A stretch of DNA of 64,000 bases from Polyangiaceae bacterium (GCA_050287085.1 JBNKBE010000001.1:224001-288000), one strand, 5' to 3'; shown: positions 29,302-38,934, numbered from the stretch's first letter. Notes: generated from the letters alone by a model not told the origin. Translations and numbers: made by a program.

Positions 29302-29802
29302 CTACTTCTTCTCGAAACGTTTCTGACGCTTTCCGAACTTCGACGTGTTGTAGTCGAGCACCTGCTGAGCGTAGGCCTCGGTGAGCCCGTCGACCGCGCG
29401 GTCAGCCTTCTTCTTGACCTTGGCAAGAGACTTCTCTGTCTGCTTCTTGTCTTCGAGTTCGTCCCACGCCTTCCACAAGGCCTTGGCCGCCTCGAGCGCC
29501 TTGGTACCGTCTTCGGCCGCTTTCTTGGCTGCCTCTTCGGCGGCCTTGGCAAGTGCGGCTTCGCGTTCGACAATCTCCCGATCCAATGTGCTCAGCGTGT
29601 CGCCAGCGCCACAGATCTTGGCCGCATGTTCACGCCACTGACGCGCCAGCGCCATGTCAAGATATTCGTCCTGCATGGCTTTGCGTGCGGTCGCCAGCGC
29701 CTCATCGCACTTAGCTTGGTCTTTGCAGCCCAACAGCAATGCGCAGGAAAGGCCTAGCAGCGGCAACACACCCATCGTCGACTTACGACCCAGAAAAAAC
29801 AT
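29302..29802 (-). CDS. Hypothetical coiled-coil lipoprotein
   Basis: Lipobox LLGC; Ala/Lys/Glu-rich helical body. Confidence 0.7.
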   Translation of the reverse strand: MFFLGRKSTMGVLPLLGLSCALLLGCKDQAKCDEALATARKAMQDEYLDMALARQWREHAAKICGAGDTLSTLDREIVEREAALAKAAEEAAKKAAEDGTKALEAAKALWKAWDELEDKKQTEKSLAKVKKKADRAVDGLTEAYAQQVLDYNTSKFGKRQKRFEKK

Positions 29803-30029
29803 ATTCTATTCCCTCGACCACGGAAGTTGCGGGCCAGTTCACGCCCGAGGCCGCTCTATAGCGCGGCTTTGAGCAAGGGGGCAACGCAAACATCGGCCCG
29901 CAAGAAGGCCCCCTCGCCCGCCCTTCGCTTTCGCCCGGCAGCCCCAGCGCCCGAGCGTTCTGGGCGACGGCCGGGCCGGCCGCCAGCGGTCGCGCGAGAG
30001 GCCCGACGTCGAGTATAGACGGGGCCGCA

Positions 30030-32945
30030 ATGCCGACAGCGCAGGAACTCGATCACATCGCCATTCGTGGCGCACGCGAGCACAATCTCAAGAACGTTGA
30101 TCTGAACATTCCGAAGAAGAAGCTCGTCGTCTTCACCGGTGTGTCGGGCTCGGGTAAGTCATCCCTGGCCTTCGATACGCTCTTCGCGGAGGGCCAGCGT
30201 CGCTACGTCGAATCGCTTTCGGCTTACGCCCGCCAGTTTCTCGGTCAGATGGACAAGCCGCGCTATGAAACCATTCGCGGCCTCGGCCCCACCATCTCCA
30301 TCGAGCAGAAGACCACCGGACAGAACCCACGGTCAACGGTCGGTACCATCACCGAGATCTCGGACTACTTGCGAGTCCTCTTCGCCCGTATCGGACATCA
30401 GCATTGCTACCAATGCGGGCGTCCCGTCAAAGGTCAGTCGGCAGCCCAAGTCGCACAGGAACTGCAATTGGGTACCGAGCCCATCACCTTGTTGGCTCCG
30501 GTTCTCGTCAATCGCAAGGGGGAGCATCGAAAGACCCTCGAGGACGCTCGACAGGCCGGGTACGTGCGAGTCCGCGTAGACGGACGCATCGAACGCACCG
30601 AAGGCCTAGAAGCCCTGGACAAGCGCAAGAAGCACTCGCTGGAACTGGTCATCGATCGCCTCACGCCCAGCGATGACAACCGAGCCCGACTCGAGGCCTC
30701 GGTGGAAACCGCATTTCGCGAAGGCAAGGGGACACTACTGGTCGCCAGCGCGAACGAGCCCGATCGCCTGTACTCCCAACACCTCGCCTGTGACTACTGC
30801 AACATTTCCTTTCCGGAGCTGACGCCTCAATCCTTCAGCTTCAATAGCCCACAAGGCATGTGCCAAGCCTGCAACGGACTAGGAACACGCGTCGAACTCG
30901 ACCCAGGTCGGATCGTAACCAACCCCGACGTCAGCATTGACGACGGCGCAATCGCGCCCTGGGGTGAAGACGTCTCGGAAAAGACCACATGGGACTTTCG
31001 GAGCCAGATCCTCGAGCGCCTCGGCATCGACGCCAAGAAGCCCTACAAGCACTTGTCCAAGGCCCAGCAGAAGATCCTTCTCTACGGTACGGGGGAGACG
31101 AAATACGAAGTCACCTGGAAAGCCAAGAGCGGCCAGGGCCAGTTTCAGGTAACCTGGGAGGGGATCATCCCAAAGCTGATGCGCCGCTTCCGCCAGACGC
31201 AGAGCGAACGCGCTCGCAAGTGGTACGCGCAGTTCATGGGCGACGCGGAATGCACGGAGTGCGAAGGTGCCCGGCTGCGCAAAGAGAGTGCGGCCGTGCG
31301 CGTCGGCGGCAAGACACTGGTCGAGATTTCCCAGATGACGGTGGCCGACGCGGTGCGCTTCTTCCGCGAGCTGGCACTGCCCCCCCACGAACAGACCATC
31401 GCCAAGGAACTCAGCAAGGAGATTCAAAGCCGCTTGGGCTTTCTCGAGGCGGTGGGCCTGGAGTACCTCTCACTCGATCGCGCTGGGCCAACGCTATCCG
31501 GCGGCGAAGCGCAGCGCATTCGACTCGCAAGCCAAGTCGGCTCCGAACTGAGCGGGGTCATCTACGTATTGGACGAGCCCTCGATCGGACTGCACCAGCG
31601 GGACAATGAGCGTCTGCTCAGGACCCTTTGCCAAATGCGCGACCTAGGCAATAGCGTGGTGTGCGTAGAACACGACGAGGACACCATTCGCAGCGCGGAC
31701 TACGTCGTAGACTTCGGTCCCGGCGCTGGCGTCGAAGGGGGCCATGTAGTATTCGGGGGCACTCCAGCAGCCTTAGCCAAAGCCCGGAGCAGTCTGACCG
31801 GAGACTACCTCTCCGGACGCAAACGTATCGCAGCAGAACCCCTGCGTGCGCCAAGCGGACAACTCGCCCTCATGGGGGCCAGTGGTAACAACCTCAAACG
31901 GGTCAACGCACACTTCCCCCTCGGCGTGCTGACGGCCGTAACCGGTGTCTCCGGGGCGGGCAAGTCGACCCTCGTCAACGACATTCTCTGCGAAGCGCTA
32001 CGCGCTCAGCTCGCGGGCGAAGCCGCTCGGGGCGTACGCTTCAAGAGCCTGAACGGCGCTGAAGACATAACGCGACTCATCACGATCGACCAACGCGCGA
32101 TCGGGCGCACCCCTCGCTCCAATCCCAGCACGTATATCAAGGTATTCGACGAAATCCGCCGCTTCTTCGCGGAGCTGCCTGAAGCGCGAGCACGTGGCTT
32201 CACGCCCGGACGCTTCTCCTTCAACGTGAAGGGAGGCCGCTGCGAGGCCTGTGAAGGTGACGGCTCCAAGCGCATCGAGATGCACTTTCTACCGGACGTA
32301 TTTGTCAGATGTGAGCAGTGTCAGGGTCTGCGCTACAACCAGAGCACTCTCGATGTGCGCTACCGCGGCCGCAGCATCGCCGATGTGCTCGAACTCACCG
32401 TGGCCGAAGCGCTTGAGCTCTTTGCGACACACCCGAAGCTCCGAGGACCCCTCACTCTGCTGATGGAAGTGGGCCTCGACTACGTCAAGCTCGGTCAACC
32501 CTCCCCCACCCTTTCCGGCGGTGAGGCGCAGCGTATCAAGCTCGCCAAGGAGCTTTCGAAGAGACCGAACGGACACACTTTCTACGTCTTGGACGAACCG
32601 ACAACGGGACTGCACTTCGACGACATCCGACGTCTCATGGCCGTGTTGCATCGTCTAGTCGACGCCGGAAACACGGTGCTGGTGATCGAACACAACTTGG
32701 ACGTCATCCGCTGCGCGGACTGGGTCATCGATCTGGGACCCGAAGGAGGTCCGCTGGGCGGTGAGATCATCGCCACAGGTCCTCCCGAAGAGGTCGCGCG
32801 AGTAGAGCACTCCCATACCGGGCGGTTCCTGGCTCAAGCCCTAAGACGCCACCCGCGAGGCGAATCAGAGAAGGCGAGCACGCCGCGGCGCGCCTCGCCC
32901 CGACGTTCACGCCGCTCAGCGTCGGCGGCGGACGACCGAGTCTGA
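30030..32945 (+). CDS. uvrA: Excinuclease ABC subunit A
   Basis: GAREHNLKN, GVSGSGKSSLAFDT, two ABC domains (LSGGEAQRI), Zn-finger CxxC motifs. Confidence 0.97.
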   Translation: MPTAQELDHIAIRGAREHNLKNVDLNIPKKKLVVFTGVSGSGKSSLAFDTLFAEGQRRYVESLSAYARQFLGQMDKPRYETIRGLGPTISIEQKTTGQNPRSTVGTITEISDYLRVLFARIGHQHCYQCGRPVKGQSAAQVAQELQLGTEPITLLAPVLVNRKGEHRKTLEDARQAGYVRVRVDGRIERTEGLEALDKRKKHSLELVIDRLTPSDDNRARLEASVETAFREGKGTLLVASANEPDRLYSQHLACDYCNISFPELTPQSFSFNSPQGMCQACNGLGTRVELDPGRIVTNPDVSIDDGAIAPWGEDVSEKTTWDFRSQILERLGIDAKKPYKHLSKAQQKILLYGTGETKYEVTWKAKSGQGQFQVTWEGIIPKLMRRFRQTQSERARKWYAQFMGDAECTECEGARLRKESAAVRVGGKTLVEISQMTVADAVRFFRELALPPHEQTIAKELSKEIQSRLGFLEAVGLEYLSLDRAGPTLSGGEAQRIRLASQVGSELSGVIYVLDEPSIGLHQRDNERLLRTLCQMRDLGNSVVCVEHDEDTIRSADYVVDFGPGAGVEGGHVVFGGTPAALAKARSSLTGDYLSGRKRIAAEPLRAPSGQLALMGASGNNLKRVNAHFPLGVLTAVTGVSGAGKSTLVNDILCEALRAQLAGEAARGVRFKSLNGAEDITRLITIDQRAIGRTPRSNPSTYIKVFDEIRRFFAELPEARARGFTPGRFSFNVKGGRCEACEGDGSKRIEMHFLPDVFVRCEQCQGLRYNQSTLDVRYRGRSIADVLELTVAEALELFATHPKLRGPLTLLMEVGLDYVKLGQPSPTLSGGEAQRIKLAKELSKRPNGHTFYVLDEPTTGLHFDDIRRLMAVLHRLVDAGNTVLVIEHNLDVIRCADWVIDLGPEGGPLGGEIIATGPPEEVARVEHSHTGRFLAQALRRHPRGESEKASTPRRASPRRSRRSASAADDRV

Positions 32946-34310
32946 GGCGAAAGATGCGTGCGGAGCGGGAGACGCAGCCGGTAACGCCGACGGTCCGGAT
33001 CCGTTTGCACTCGCTACCCCAGGCCTCGCTGGTTCGGGGCGCTCGGTTTCAGCGCCCGCGGTTCCAGCGCCCGCGGCCGGCTCAGAGCCAGCGCCGCTGG
33101 CGGCTCGCGTCGCTGCCTCCGGCTCGACCACAGAAGGCGAACCGAAGCGCGCGCCCAACAGGTCTGCAAAGGTTCCGAGGCTCCCTGCACGGGCGTCGCT
33201 CTTGGTGAATTCCCGGTAGTTCTGCCGTTCTTCGACGCCCGCGACGCGACCGATACTAAACGTCAGCTTTCCCGCATCGCCGCGCACCAAGGTCACAACA
33301 CGCACCTCCTGCCCCACCTCGAAAGCGCGCCGCGCGTCGGTCCCGCGGGCAAGACCCAACTCCTTGTTGGGAACCAAGCCCGTGCCATCAGCGGTATCGA
33401 CAAAGACGCCGAAGGACTCGATGCGCCCAACGGTCCCGGTCAGCACTTTTCCGGGCTCCGGTCCAGACGCCGCAGGGGCATCCACCAACGCCTTCATGGA
33501 CAGCCGCAGCTTGGGAAAAGGTCCCTTCTCCGCGGGCTCCATCGCTAGCACGCGGACCCGGATCCTCTCGCCGACGCTCACCATGTCTTCCGCGCGATCA
33601 ACCCGTCCGTGTGCCATCTCCGAGATATGGATCAGTCCTTCGACGCCTCCACCAAGGTCGACGAACGCGCCATACTTCTGCACGGACACAACCGAACCTT
33701 CGTAGTCGCCCCCAACATTCAGCGTGTCGAGGATAGCGCGTCCCTGCTCGGCACGTTCCTTCTCGAGCAGCGCCTTGCGGCTGAGCACGATCGAGCGGGC
33801 GTCTTTGATCTCCAAGATCAAGAATGGAAATGTGCGCCCGACAAGCCCGTCCAGCTCCTTGACGTAGCCGAGCTCCACTTGGGAAGCAGGACAGAAGGCT
33901 CGAATCCCAGCTACCTGAACCTCGACGCCCCCCTTGGTCACCGCCGAGATGGTCCCTTCGACAGGAAGCCCCGCCTCTTTGGCGCGCTGAAGCGAATCCG
34001 TATCGACCGCCCCGCGTTGACCGCGCCCAAGGGCCGTGCTGAGCACCGGTCCCGTCAAGTCGTCGACGCGCACGACGCTCGCCCGCACGGGGTCGCCGAC
34101 CTTGAGTTGTAGCTGCCCGGCCTTGTCTTCGAACTCTGCACGGTCAATCCGCGCCTCGATCGTTGCCCCTACGTCAACGAAAATCGAATCCCGACCAATC
34201 TGGACGACGGTGCCGTCCACGACCTGGCCGCTCTTGAGCTTGCGATTGGTCCTTCCTGTCGAGCCAGGAGAACCGCCTTCCATCAACGAAGCAAAGTCCA
34301 TCGGTGCCAT
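32916..34310 (-). CDS. S1 RNA-binding domain protein (ribosomal protein S1-like, about 4 S1 repeats)
   Basis: GIRAFCPASQV, YGAFVDLGGGVEGLIHISEM, FGVFVD; low-complexity C-tail overlapping the uvrA end by 30 nt. Confidence 0.88.
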   Translation of the reverse strand: MAPMDFASLMEGGSPGSTGRTNRKLKSGQVVDGTVVQIGRDSIFVDVGATIEARIDRAEFEDKAGQLQLKVGDPVRASVVRVDDLTGPVLSTALGRGQRGAVDTDSLQRAKEAGLPVEGTISAVTKGGVEVQVAGIRAFCPASQVELGYVKELDGLVGRTFPFLILEIKDARSIVLSRKALLEKERAEQGRAILDTLNVGGDYEGSVVSVQKYGAFVDLGGGVEGLIHISEMAHGRVDRAEDMVSVGERIRVRVLAMEPAEKGPFPKLRLSMKALVDAPAASGPEPGKVLTGTVGRIESFGVFVDTADGTGLVPNKELGLARGTDARRAFEVGQEVRVVTLVRGDAGKLTFSIGRVAGVEERQNYREFTKSDARAGSLGTFADLLGARFGSPSVVEPEAATRAASGAGSEPAAGAGTAGAETERPEPARPGVASANGSGPSALPAASPAPHASFASDSVVRRRR

Positions 34311-34403
34311 TGCGCATCGCTCTTAGGCCCGTGTACGGCGGGAGACAAGCGCAATCGTGGACCCGGGCCACGGCACTGCGCATTTGGCGCCCCCACCCCC
34401 CTT

Positions 34404-34760
34404 TCACAAGCGCACGAGCTCAACGAGCGCTGCCCCGAGCGCCACCGCTAGCACCGAAATGACGGGGGTACCCCCACCGGCACGCTCCAAGGCCGAAGCC
34501 GCCAAGAGTTGCCGAGAGAGAGGTTCGAGTTCTGCGCTGTCGAACCAAGCGAGGAGCTCAGTTCGGGAGACGCAAAAGACATTGAGCTCGTCATCAAGCC
34601 CGTAGTGCTCACAAATCTGAGCGCCCAGACTGTCGGCGCGGTCTACCAGCAGAACAACAGAGTCGTCACCGGCGGCGCATAGGTCGTCGTATGCGCACGC
34701 AATCTCGTGAGCGTGTTCCCTGATGAGTTGACGCAACGACGCCGACTGCGCTTGAGCCAT
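34404..34760 (-). CDS. Hypothetical protein
   Basis: 118-codon ORF between the flagellin terminator and the S1 gene, plausible composition. Confidence 0.5.
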   Translation of the reverse strand: MAQAQSASLRQLIREHAHEIACAYDDLCAAGDDSVVLLVDRADSLGAQICEHYGLDDELNVFCVSRTELLAWFDSAELEPLSRQLLAASALERAGGGTPVISVLAVALGAALVELVRL

Positions 34761-34799
34761 CGGGCAAGCCAAGCACAATCGGCGCGATTGACCACGAAG

Positions 34800-34862
34800 A
34801 AAAAACGGCCCACGCGAGCCAACGCCTCAATTGGCCGATCGAAGCGTCGACCCGCGTGGTCC
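34800..34862 (-). terminator. Long intrinsic terminator downstream of flagellin
   Basis: Minus strand 25-position stem (GGACCACGCGGGTCGACGCTTCGAT / ATTGAGGCGTTGGCTCGCGTGGGCC; 1 mismatch, several G-U), 6-nt loop, followed by GTTTTTT. Confidence 0.8.
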
Positions 34863-34870
34863 ACGTTCGG

Positions 34871-35695
34871 TTACCCGATCAAACCGAACGCCAGCTGAGG
34901 CAGCTGATTAGCTTGAGCCAGCACAGAGACGCCCGCTTGCGTCAGTACCTGGTTGCGAGACATCTTGGAGGTCTCTTCAGCGACGTCCACGTCGCGAATG
35001 CGGCTGTTCGCCGCGGAAATATTGAGACGCATGGTCTGAATATTGCTCGTCGCAACCTCGAGTCGGTTCATCGCGGAACCAAAGTTGGAACGCGCAGTAG
35101 AAACCGATGTGATAGCGTCGTCGATCACCGAAAGCGACGCGAGCGCGTTGTCCGCAGTAGCGCCGTCGACCGATGCTCCGGTAGCCCCGGAGAGGTCCAG
35201 ACCACCAAAGCTAATTGTGATCTGATCCGCAGCGTCGTTGTTCAGCCCAACCTGCAAAGTGATGTCGCTGGCATCCGCCGCGACCAACTCCTTGCCATTG
35301 AACTTCGCCGAGTCCTGGATACGACCGATTTCTGCCTGAAGCAGACCAAACTCGGTCTGGAGGAAGGAACGATCGGTCTCGGTTAGACTGCCGTTCGACG
35401 ACTGAACGCCCAACTCACGCATACGCCCCAAGATGCCGTGGATTTCGCCGAGCGCGCCCTCCGCGGTTTGGGACATCGAGATGCCATCCGCCGCGTTGCG
35501 CTCCGCAACGGTGAACGAACGGATCTGCGACTTCATGCCTTCGCTGATCGCCAAGCCCGCCGCATCGTCGGATGCCGAGTTGATGCGGTAGCCGCTCGAG
35601 AGCCGGTTGAAGCTCTTCTGCAGGTTGGCCTGATTGGTCATCAGGTTCTTTTGCGCTTCCATAGAAGCGGTATTGGTTTGGATAAATAGTGCCAC
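34871..35695 (-). CDS. fliC: Flagellin (274 aa, minimal D0-D1 type)
   Basis: GTG start after AGGAG; IQTNTASMEAQ, RLSSGYRINSASDDAAGLAIS, SRIRDVDVAEE, QAGVSVLAQANQLP. Confidence 0.96.
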   Translation of the reverse strand: MALFIQTNTASMEAQKNLMTNQANLQKSFNRLSSGYRINSASDDAAGLAISEGMKSQIRSFTVAERNAADGISMSQTAEGALGEIHGILGRMRELGVQSSNGSLTETDRSFLQTEFGLLQAEIGRIQDSAKFNGKELVAADASDITLQVGLNNDAADQITISFGGLDLSGATGASVDGATADNALASLSVIDDAITSVSTARSNFGSAMNRLEVATSNIQTMRLNISAANSRIRDVDVAEETSKMSRNQVLTQAGVSVLAQANQLPQLAFGLIG

Positions 35696-35701
35696 TTTGA
35701 G

Positions 35702-35757
35702 TCTCCTTCCTTGGAGAAAGATCACAACCCGAAGGTCGCGAAGGGCATCATTGCCCT
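35702..35757 (-). promoter_or_regulatory. Structured flagellin 5' leader; GGA-loop hairpin overlapping the SD (CsrA-type site)
   Basis: Three consecutive hairpins: AGGGCA-ATGA-TGCCCT; CGCGACC-TTCG-GGTTGTG; TCTCC-AAGGAA-GGAGA. Confidence 0.55.
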
Positions 35758-35767
35758 CCACCCAAGT

Positions 35768-35794
35768 CGAACGGAGAGGAGGGGCGCGGCTAAA
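35768..35794 (-). promoter_or_regulatory. Possible sigma-28-type flagellin promoter (weak match)
   Basis: TTTA-N15-TCCGTTCG ending about 10 nt before the first leader hairpin. Confidence 0.35.
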
Positions 35795-35880
35795 ACGAAT
35801 TGTGACAGCCCCTCCCGACGTGCGGCACTGTCGTTCCACTTGGGCACGCGCGGAACCGATAACCCGACCACAAGAGAACA

Positions 35881-35909
35881 TTGACAGCTCGTCCGCCGGC
35901 TCATAAGAG
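35881..35909 (+). promoter_or_regulatory. Possible sigma-70 promoter for a leaderless rnhA transcript
   Basis: TTGACA-N17-TAAGAG, 6 nt before the ATG; no SD. Confidence 0.35.
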
Positions 35910-35915
35910 CGCGTC

Positions 35916-36578
35916 ATGCCAGCGTTTACTTGTGGGAGTTGCGGCAAAGATTTCGAGGTCGCTCAGGCGTCACTCGACAAGTACCCGGGCTGGACACCCA
36001 AGAAATGCCTCAAGTGCAAAGGCGGAAACACGTCCGGCAAGCGCTCGGCAAGCGCTGGTACCCAGCGCACAGCGTCGCGCGGTCGCAGCCTGCAGGAGGA
36101 AAATCTGACGCTCGCCGAGGTACTGGCCAAGTACGATGGCGGGCCGGAGTCGGGCGTGTTCACCGACGGCGCGTCACATCCAAACCCGGGCCCGGGTGGG
36201 TGGGGCGCGGTCTATGTAGTCGATGGGCAAGTGAAGGCGCAAAGCTACGGTCACGAACCCGATACCACGAACAACCGGATGGAGCTGACCGCCCTGATTG
36301 AAGGCTGCAAGTTGGTACCCCCGGGCGAATCAGCGACGGTATGGTCCGACAGTCAGTTGTGCGTCAATACGCTGACGCAATGGGCCGCAGGCTGGAAGCG
36401 CAACGGTTGGAAGAGAAAAGGCGGCGAAATCAAGAACCTGCCGCTAGTACAAGAAGCCTACGCGCTGTACAGCGCTCGACCAGAGCTGACAGTGCGATGG
36501 ATTAACGCGCACTCGGGAAACCGGTGGAATGAATACGCGGATGCTCTCGCCACCGCATACCGGCGCCCCAAGTTGTAG
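35916..36578 (+). CDS. rnhA: Ribonuclease HI with N-terminal zinc-ribbon domain
   Basis: CGSC-x21-CLKC; FTDGAS.PNPGPGGWG, TTNNRMEL, WSDS, NAHSG.RWNEYADALA. Confidence 0.92.
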   Translation: MPAFTCGSCGKDFEVAQASLDKYPGWTPKKCLKCKGGNTSGKRSASAGTQRTASRGRSLQEENLTLAEVLAKYDGGPESGVFTDGASHPNPGPGGWGAVYVVDGQVKAQSYGHEPDTTNNRMELTALIEGCKLVPPGESATVWSDSQLCVNTLTQWAAGWKRNGWKRKGGEIKNLPLVQEAYALYSARPELTVRWINAHSGNRWNEYADALATAYRRPKL

Positions 36579-36841
36579 CGCGCGGTAAACACCGGCTCGA
36601 ACGGACGCCAACGTATGACCCCTGGCGCGGCCGGGGGTCTTCCTCGTCCCAGTACCCACACTCGTCCCGAAAGGGTCACAACACCCTCTGCCCAAGAGAT
36701 CGGCCGCAGGAAAACAGTGCTGGCATCCGCGCCGAGCGGCGTTCAAACTACGGTTTGACCCGCCGCCAGTAGCGTCGCCGCCACATCGGCCGAGGAGCAG
36801 AGCAGGCCCACGCCTCCGCACTGGGCCACACCTCAAGACCC

Positions 36842-37780
36842 ATGACAACAAAGGACCGCGCAGCACGACAAGCCGGTGACGAGTTCGAAGACGAGTCCAC
36901 CGCGGTGTACACCCTTGCCGACATCAAGTCGTCGGCAATTCCTCCGGCCGCGCGCCACGTGCTGGTTCATATGGACGGGGCCGACGTCGGGAGGGTTGTA
37001 GCCCTGAGTGCTCGCGCTGAGTTCGTCATCGGACGCCGGCCGGACTGCGATTTGCAGCTTTGCTACGAAGGCGTGAGCCGCCGACACGCACGAGTCCTAT
37101 TTCGGCAAGACGAGTACATCATAGAAGATCTCGGCTCTGCCAACGGCACGCGCATCAACGGTCAAGCCATCACCCTTCATACGTTGCAGGATGGCGACGT
37201 ATTGCGCTTCGGACCGTCGGTGAGCGTTCGCTACTCCGTCACCGACACCAAGGAAGAGGACCTGCTCCGCAAGATGTATGCGGCGACGGTCACAGACTCG
37301 CTGACGGGCGCCCACAACCGCGAGTACATGGACGAGCAGCTACGCCTGGAGTTGGACCACTACCAACGCAAAGGGCAGCCGCTAACGCTGTCGCTGCTGG
37401 ACCTCGATCATTTCAAACGCGTCAACGATCGGTTTGGCCACCAGGCCGGTGATGCCGTCCTGGTCGAGGTGGTTTCGCGACTGCGAAGCGCACTCAGTGG
37501 CGGCGAAACTCTCGCCCGCTACGGGGGTGAGGAATTTGCCGTCATCCACCGTGGCAAGACGCTGCAACAGGCGACGGCGCAGGCGGAAGAATTTCGACGC
37601 CGCTGCGACTGCAGCATCGGATTTCGCGATCGCCTGATCCCCATCTCCGTCAGCGTAGGCTGCGCCGCGCCGGAGGAGCTCTCGGAGGCCACGAGCAGCA
37701 ATCTGATCGCGCTTGCGGACGAGCGCCTCTACCGCGCGAAACGTAGCGGACGCAATCGAGTCGTCAACGGCGGCGTGTAG
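36842..37780 (+). CDS. FHA-domain diguanylate cyclase
   Basis: FHA motifs IGR, VSRRHA, DLGSANGT; DSLTG, DLDHFK.VND.FGH..GD, RYGGEEF. Confidence 0.93.
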   Translation: MTTKDRAARQAGDEFEDESTAVYTLADIKSSAIPPAARHVLVHMDGADVGRVVALSARAEFVIGRRPDCDLQLCYEGVSRRHARVLFRQDEYIIEDLGSANGTRINGQAITLHTLQDGDVLRFGPSVSVRYSVTDTKEEDLLRKMYAATVTDSLTGAHNREYMDEQLRLELDHYQRKGQPLTLSLLDLDHFKRVNDRFGHQAGDAVLVEVVSRLRSALSGGETLARYGGEEFAVIHRGKTLQQATAQAEEFRRRCDCSIGFRDRLIPISVSVGCAAPEELSEATSSNLIALADERLYRAKRSGRNRVVNGGV

Positions 37781-37875
37781 CGCGCTCAGCATTCGGCGTG
37801 GGCCGGCCCCTGCGCTTCACCGGGTCGAGCCCCGTCCCACAGCTCTCTCTTTCAATTGGAGACTATACCCGCTAT

Positions 37876-37894
37876 GTGAACGTCGGACGTTCAC
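37876..37894. promoter_or_regulatory. Perfect inverted repeat (operator-like) 3 nt upstream of the PhzF-family start
   Basis: GTGAACGTC-G-GACGTTCAC. Confidence 0.5.
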
Positions 37895-37897
37895 GCC

Positions 37898-38785
37898 ATG
37901 GCAAGAATCTATCATTACCAACTGGTTGACGTTTTCTCAGAAGCCTCGTTTTGCGGAAATCCGCTCGCCGTCTTCACCGACGCCGAGGGGTTGGACGAGG
38001 CGACGATGCAGAAGATCGCCCGCGAACTGAATCTGTCTGAGACGACCTTCGTTTTTCCCTCGGCGAAGGCTAGCTGCGACTATGCGGTGCGCATCTTCAC
38101 CCCCACGTCCGAGCTCAACGTCGCCGGGCATCCAACGATTGGCACCGCCTTCGCTTTGGCCCATGTGTCAAAACTGCGGGAAGAGCAGCGGGTAGTCTTC
38201 GATGAGGGCGTGGGTCCGGTATCGGTCACCATGGTTTCGCCCATGACGACGATGCAACAAGCATTGCCTGAGTTCGGCGAGAAGTTTCTCGACCTCGACG
38301 CGGCCGTCGCCATGTTGTCGTTGAACCGCTCCGACCTGCTGCCCCACGTGCCCGTACAGGCCGTCAGCAGTGGCGTGCCTTACACGCTGATTCCCCTGCG
38401 CTCCATCGATACGCTCGGACGTATTCAGTTCCGCAACGACATTTGGCGGCGGACGCTAGCGCGGACCCACGCCTCCAATATCGTGGCCTTCACGCTCGAT
38501 GCGCGCAGGCCCGCTGACGCCCAATCGCGAGTATTTGCCCCATCGCTGGGCGTGGCAGAAGATCCCGCGACGGGGAGCGCGGGAGGCGCCCTTGGCTCCT
38601 ACCTCGTCAAACACGGACTGATCGAAGGCACGGAGCAGACCCATATCGTGATCGCACAGGGCGTGGAAATGGGACGCCCCAGCCAAGTGCATGTCGTGCT
38701 CAACGCCAAAGGCGGAGAGATCAAGTCCCTCCGCGTCGGGGGTCAGTGCGTCTGGGCAGGGCGCGGCGAACTACACGTCCCCTGA
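37898..38785 (+). CDS. PhzF family isomerase/epimerase
   Basis: VDVFS...GNPLAV, ELNLSETTF, RIFTP..ELNVAGHPTIG, EDPATGSA, QGVEMGRPS. Confidence 0.93.
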   Translation: MARIYHYQLVDVFSEASFCGNPLAVFTDAEGLDEATMQKIARELNLSETTFVFPSAKASCDYAVRIFTPTSELNVAGHPTIGTAFALAHVSKLREEQRVVFDEGVGPVSVTMVSPMTTMQQALPEFGEKFLDLDAAVAMLSLNRSDLLPHVPVQAVSSGVPYTLIPLRSIDTLGRIQFRNDIWRRTLARTHASNIVAFTLDARRPADAQSRVFAPSLGVAEDPATGSAGGALGSYLVKHGLIEGTEQTHIVIAQGVEMGRPSQVHVVLNAKGGEIKSLRVGGQCVWAGRGELHVP

Positions 38786-38934
38786 GGGCCCGCGGATGGG
38801 AAAGCCATACTACGCCGCCCCTTCCTCTTGCTGCGGCGGGCGGGCTCGTCCCCGCGGGCGCTGAGCTCTTCAGCGCCGCCGCTTGCACAAAAGGGGGGGT
38901 AGTGACTGGCCGAGTCCCGGCGGCGGGCTGCGCG

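Noticed and set aside
32916..32945. 30-nt convergent overlap of uvrA and the S1-domain gene
   Set aside because: Involves only low-complexity C-terminal tails; common in GC-rich genomes.
35855..35862. ACCGATAA sigma-28-like -10 box on the plus strand
   Set aside because: No -35 match at 15 nt spacing (CCAC) and it faces away from flagellin.
35696..35947. N-terminal extension of flagellin in the ORF track (358 aa)
   Set aside because: Flagellin homology begins at GTG 35695, which has a strong SD; the extension covers the leader and promoter.
36743..36769. TCAA-N15-GCCGCCAG upstream of the FHA-GGDEF gene
   Set aside because: The -10 match is too weak in a GC-rich background to count.
37898..38785. 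Phenazine biosynthesis cluster
   Set aside because: Lone PhzF-family gene without other phz genes.
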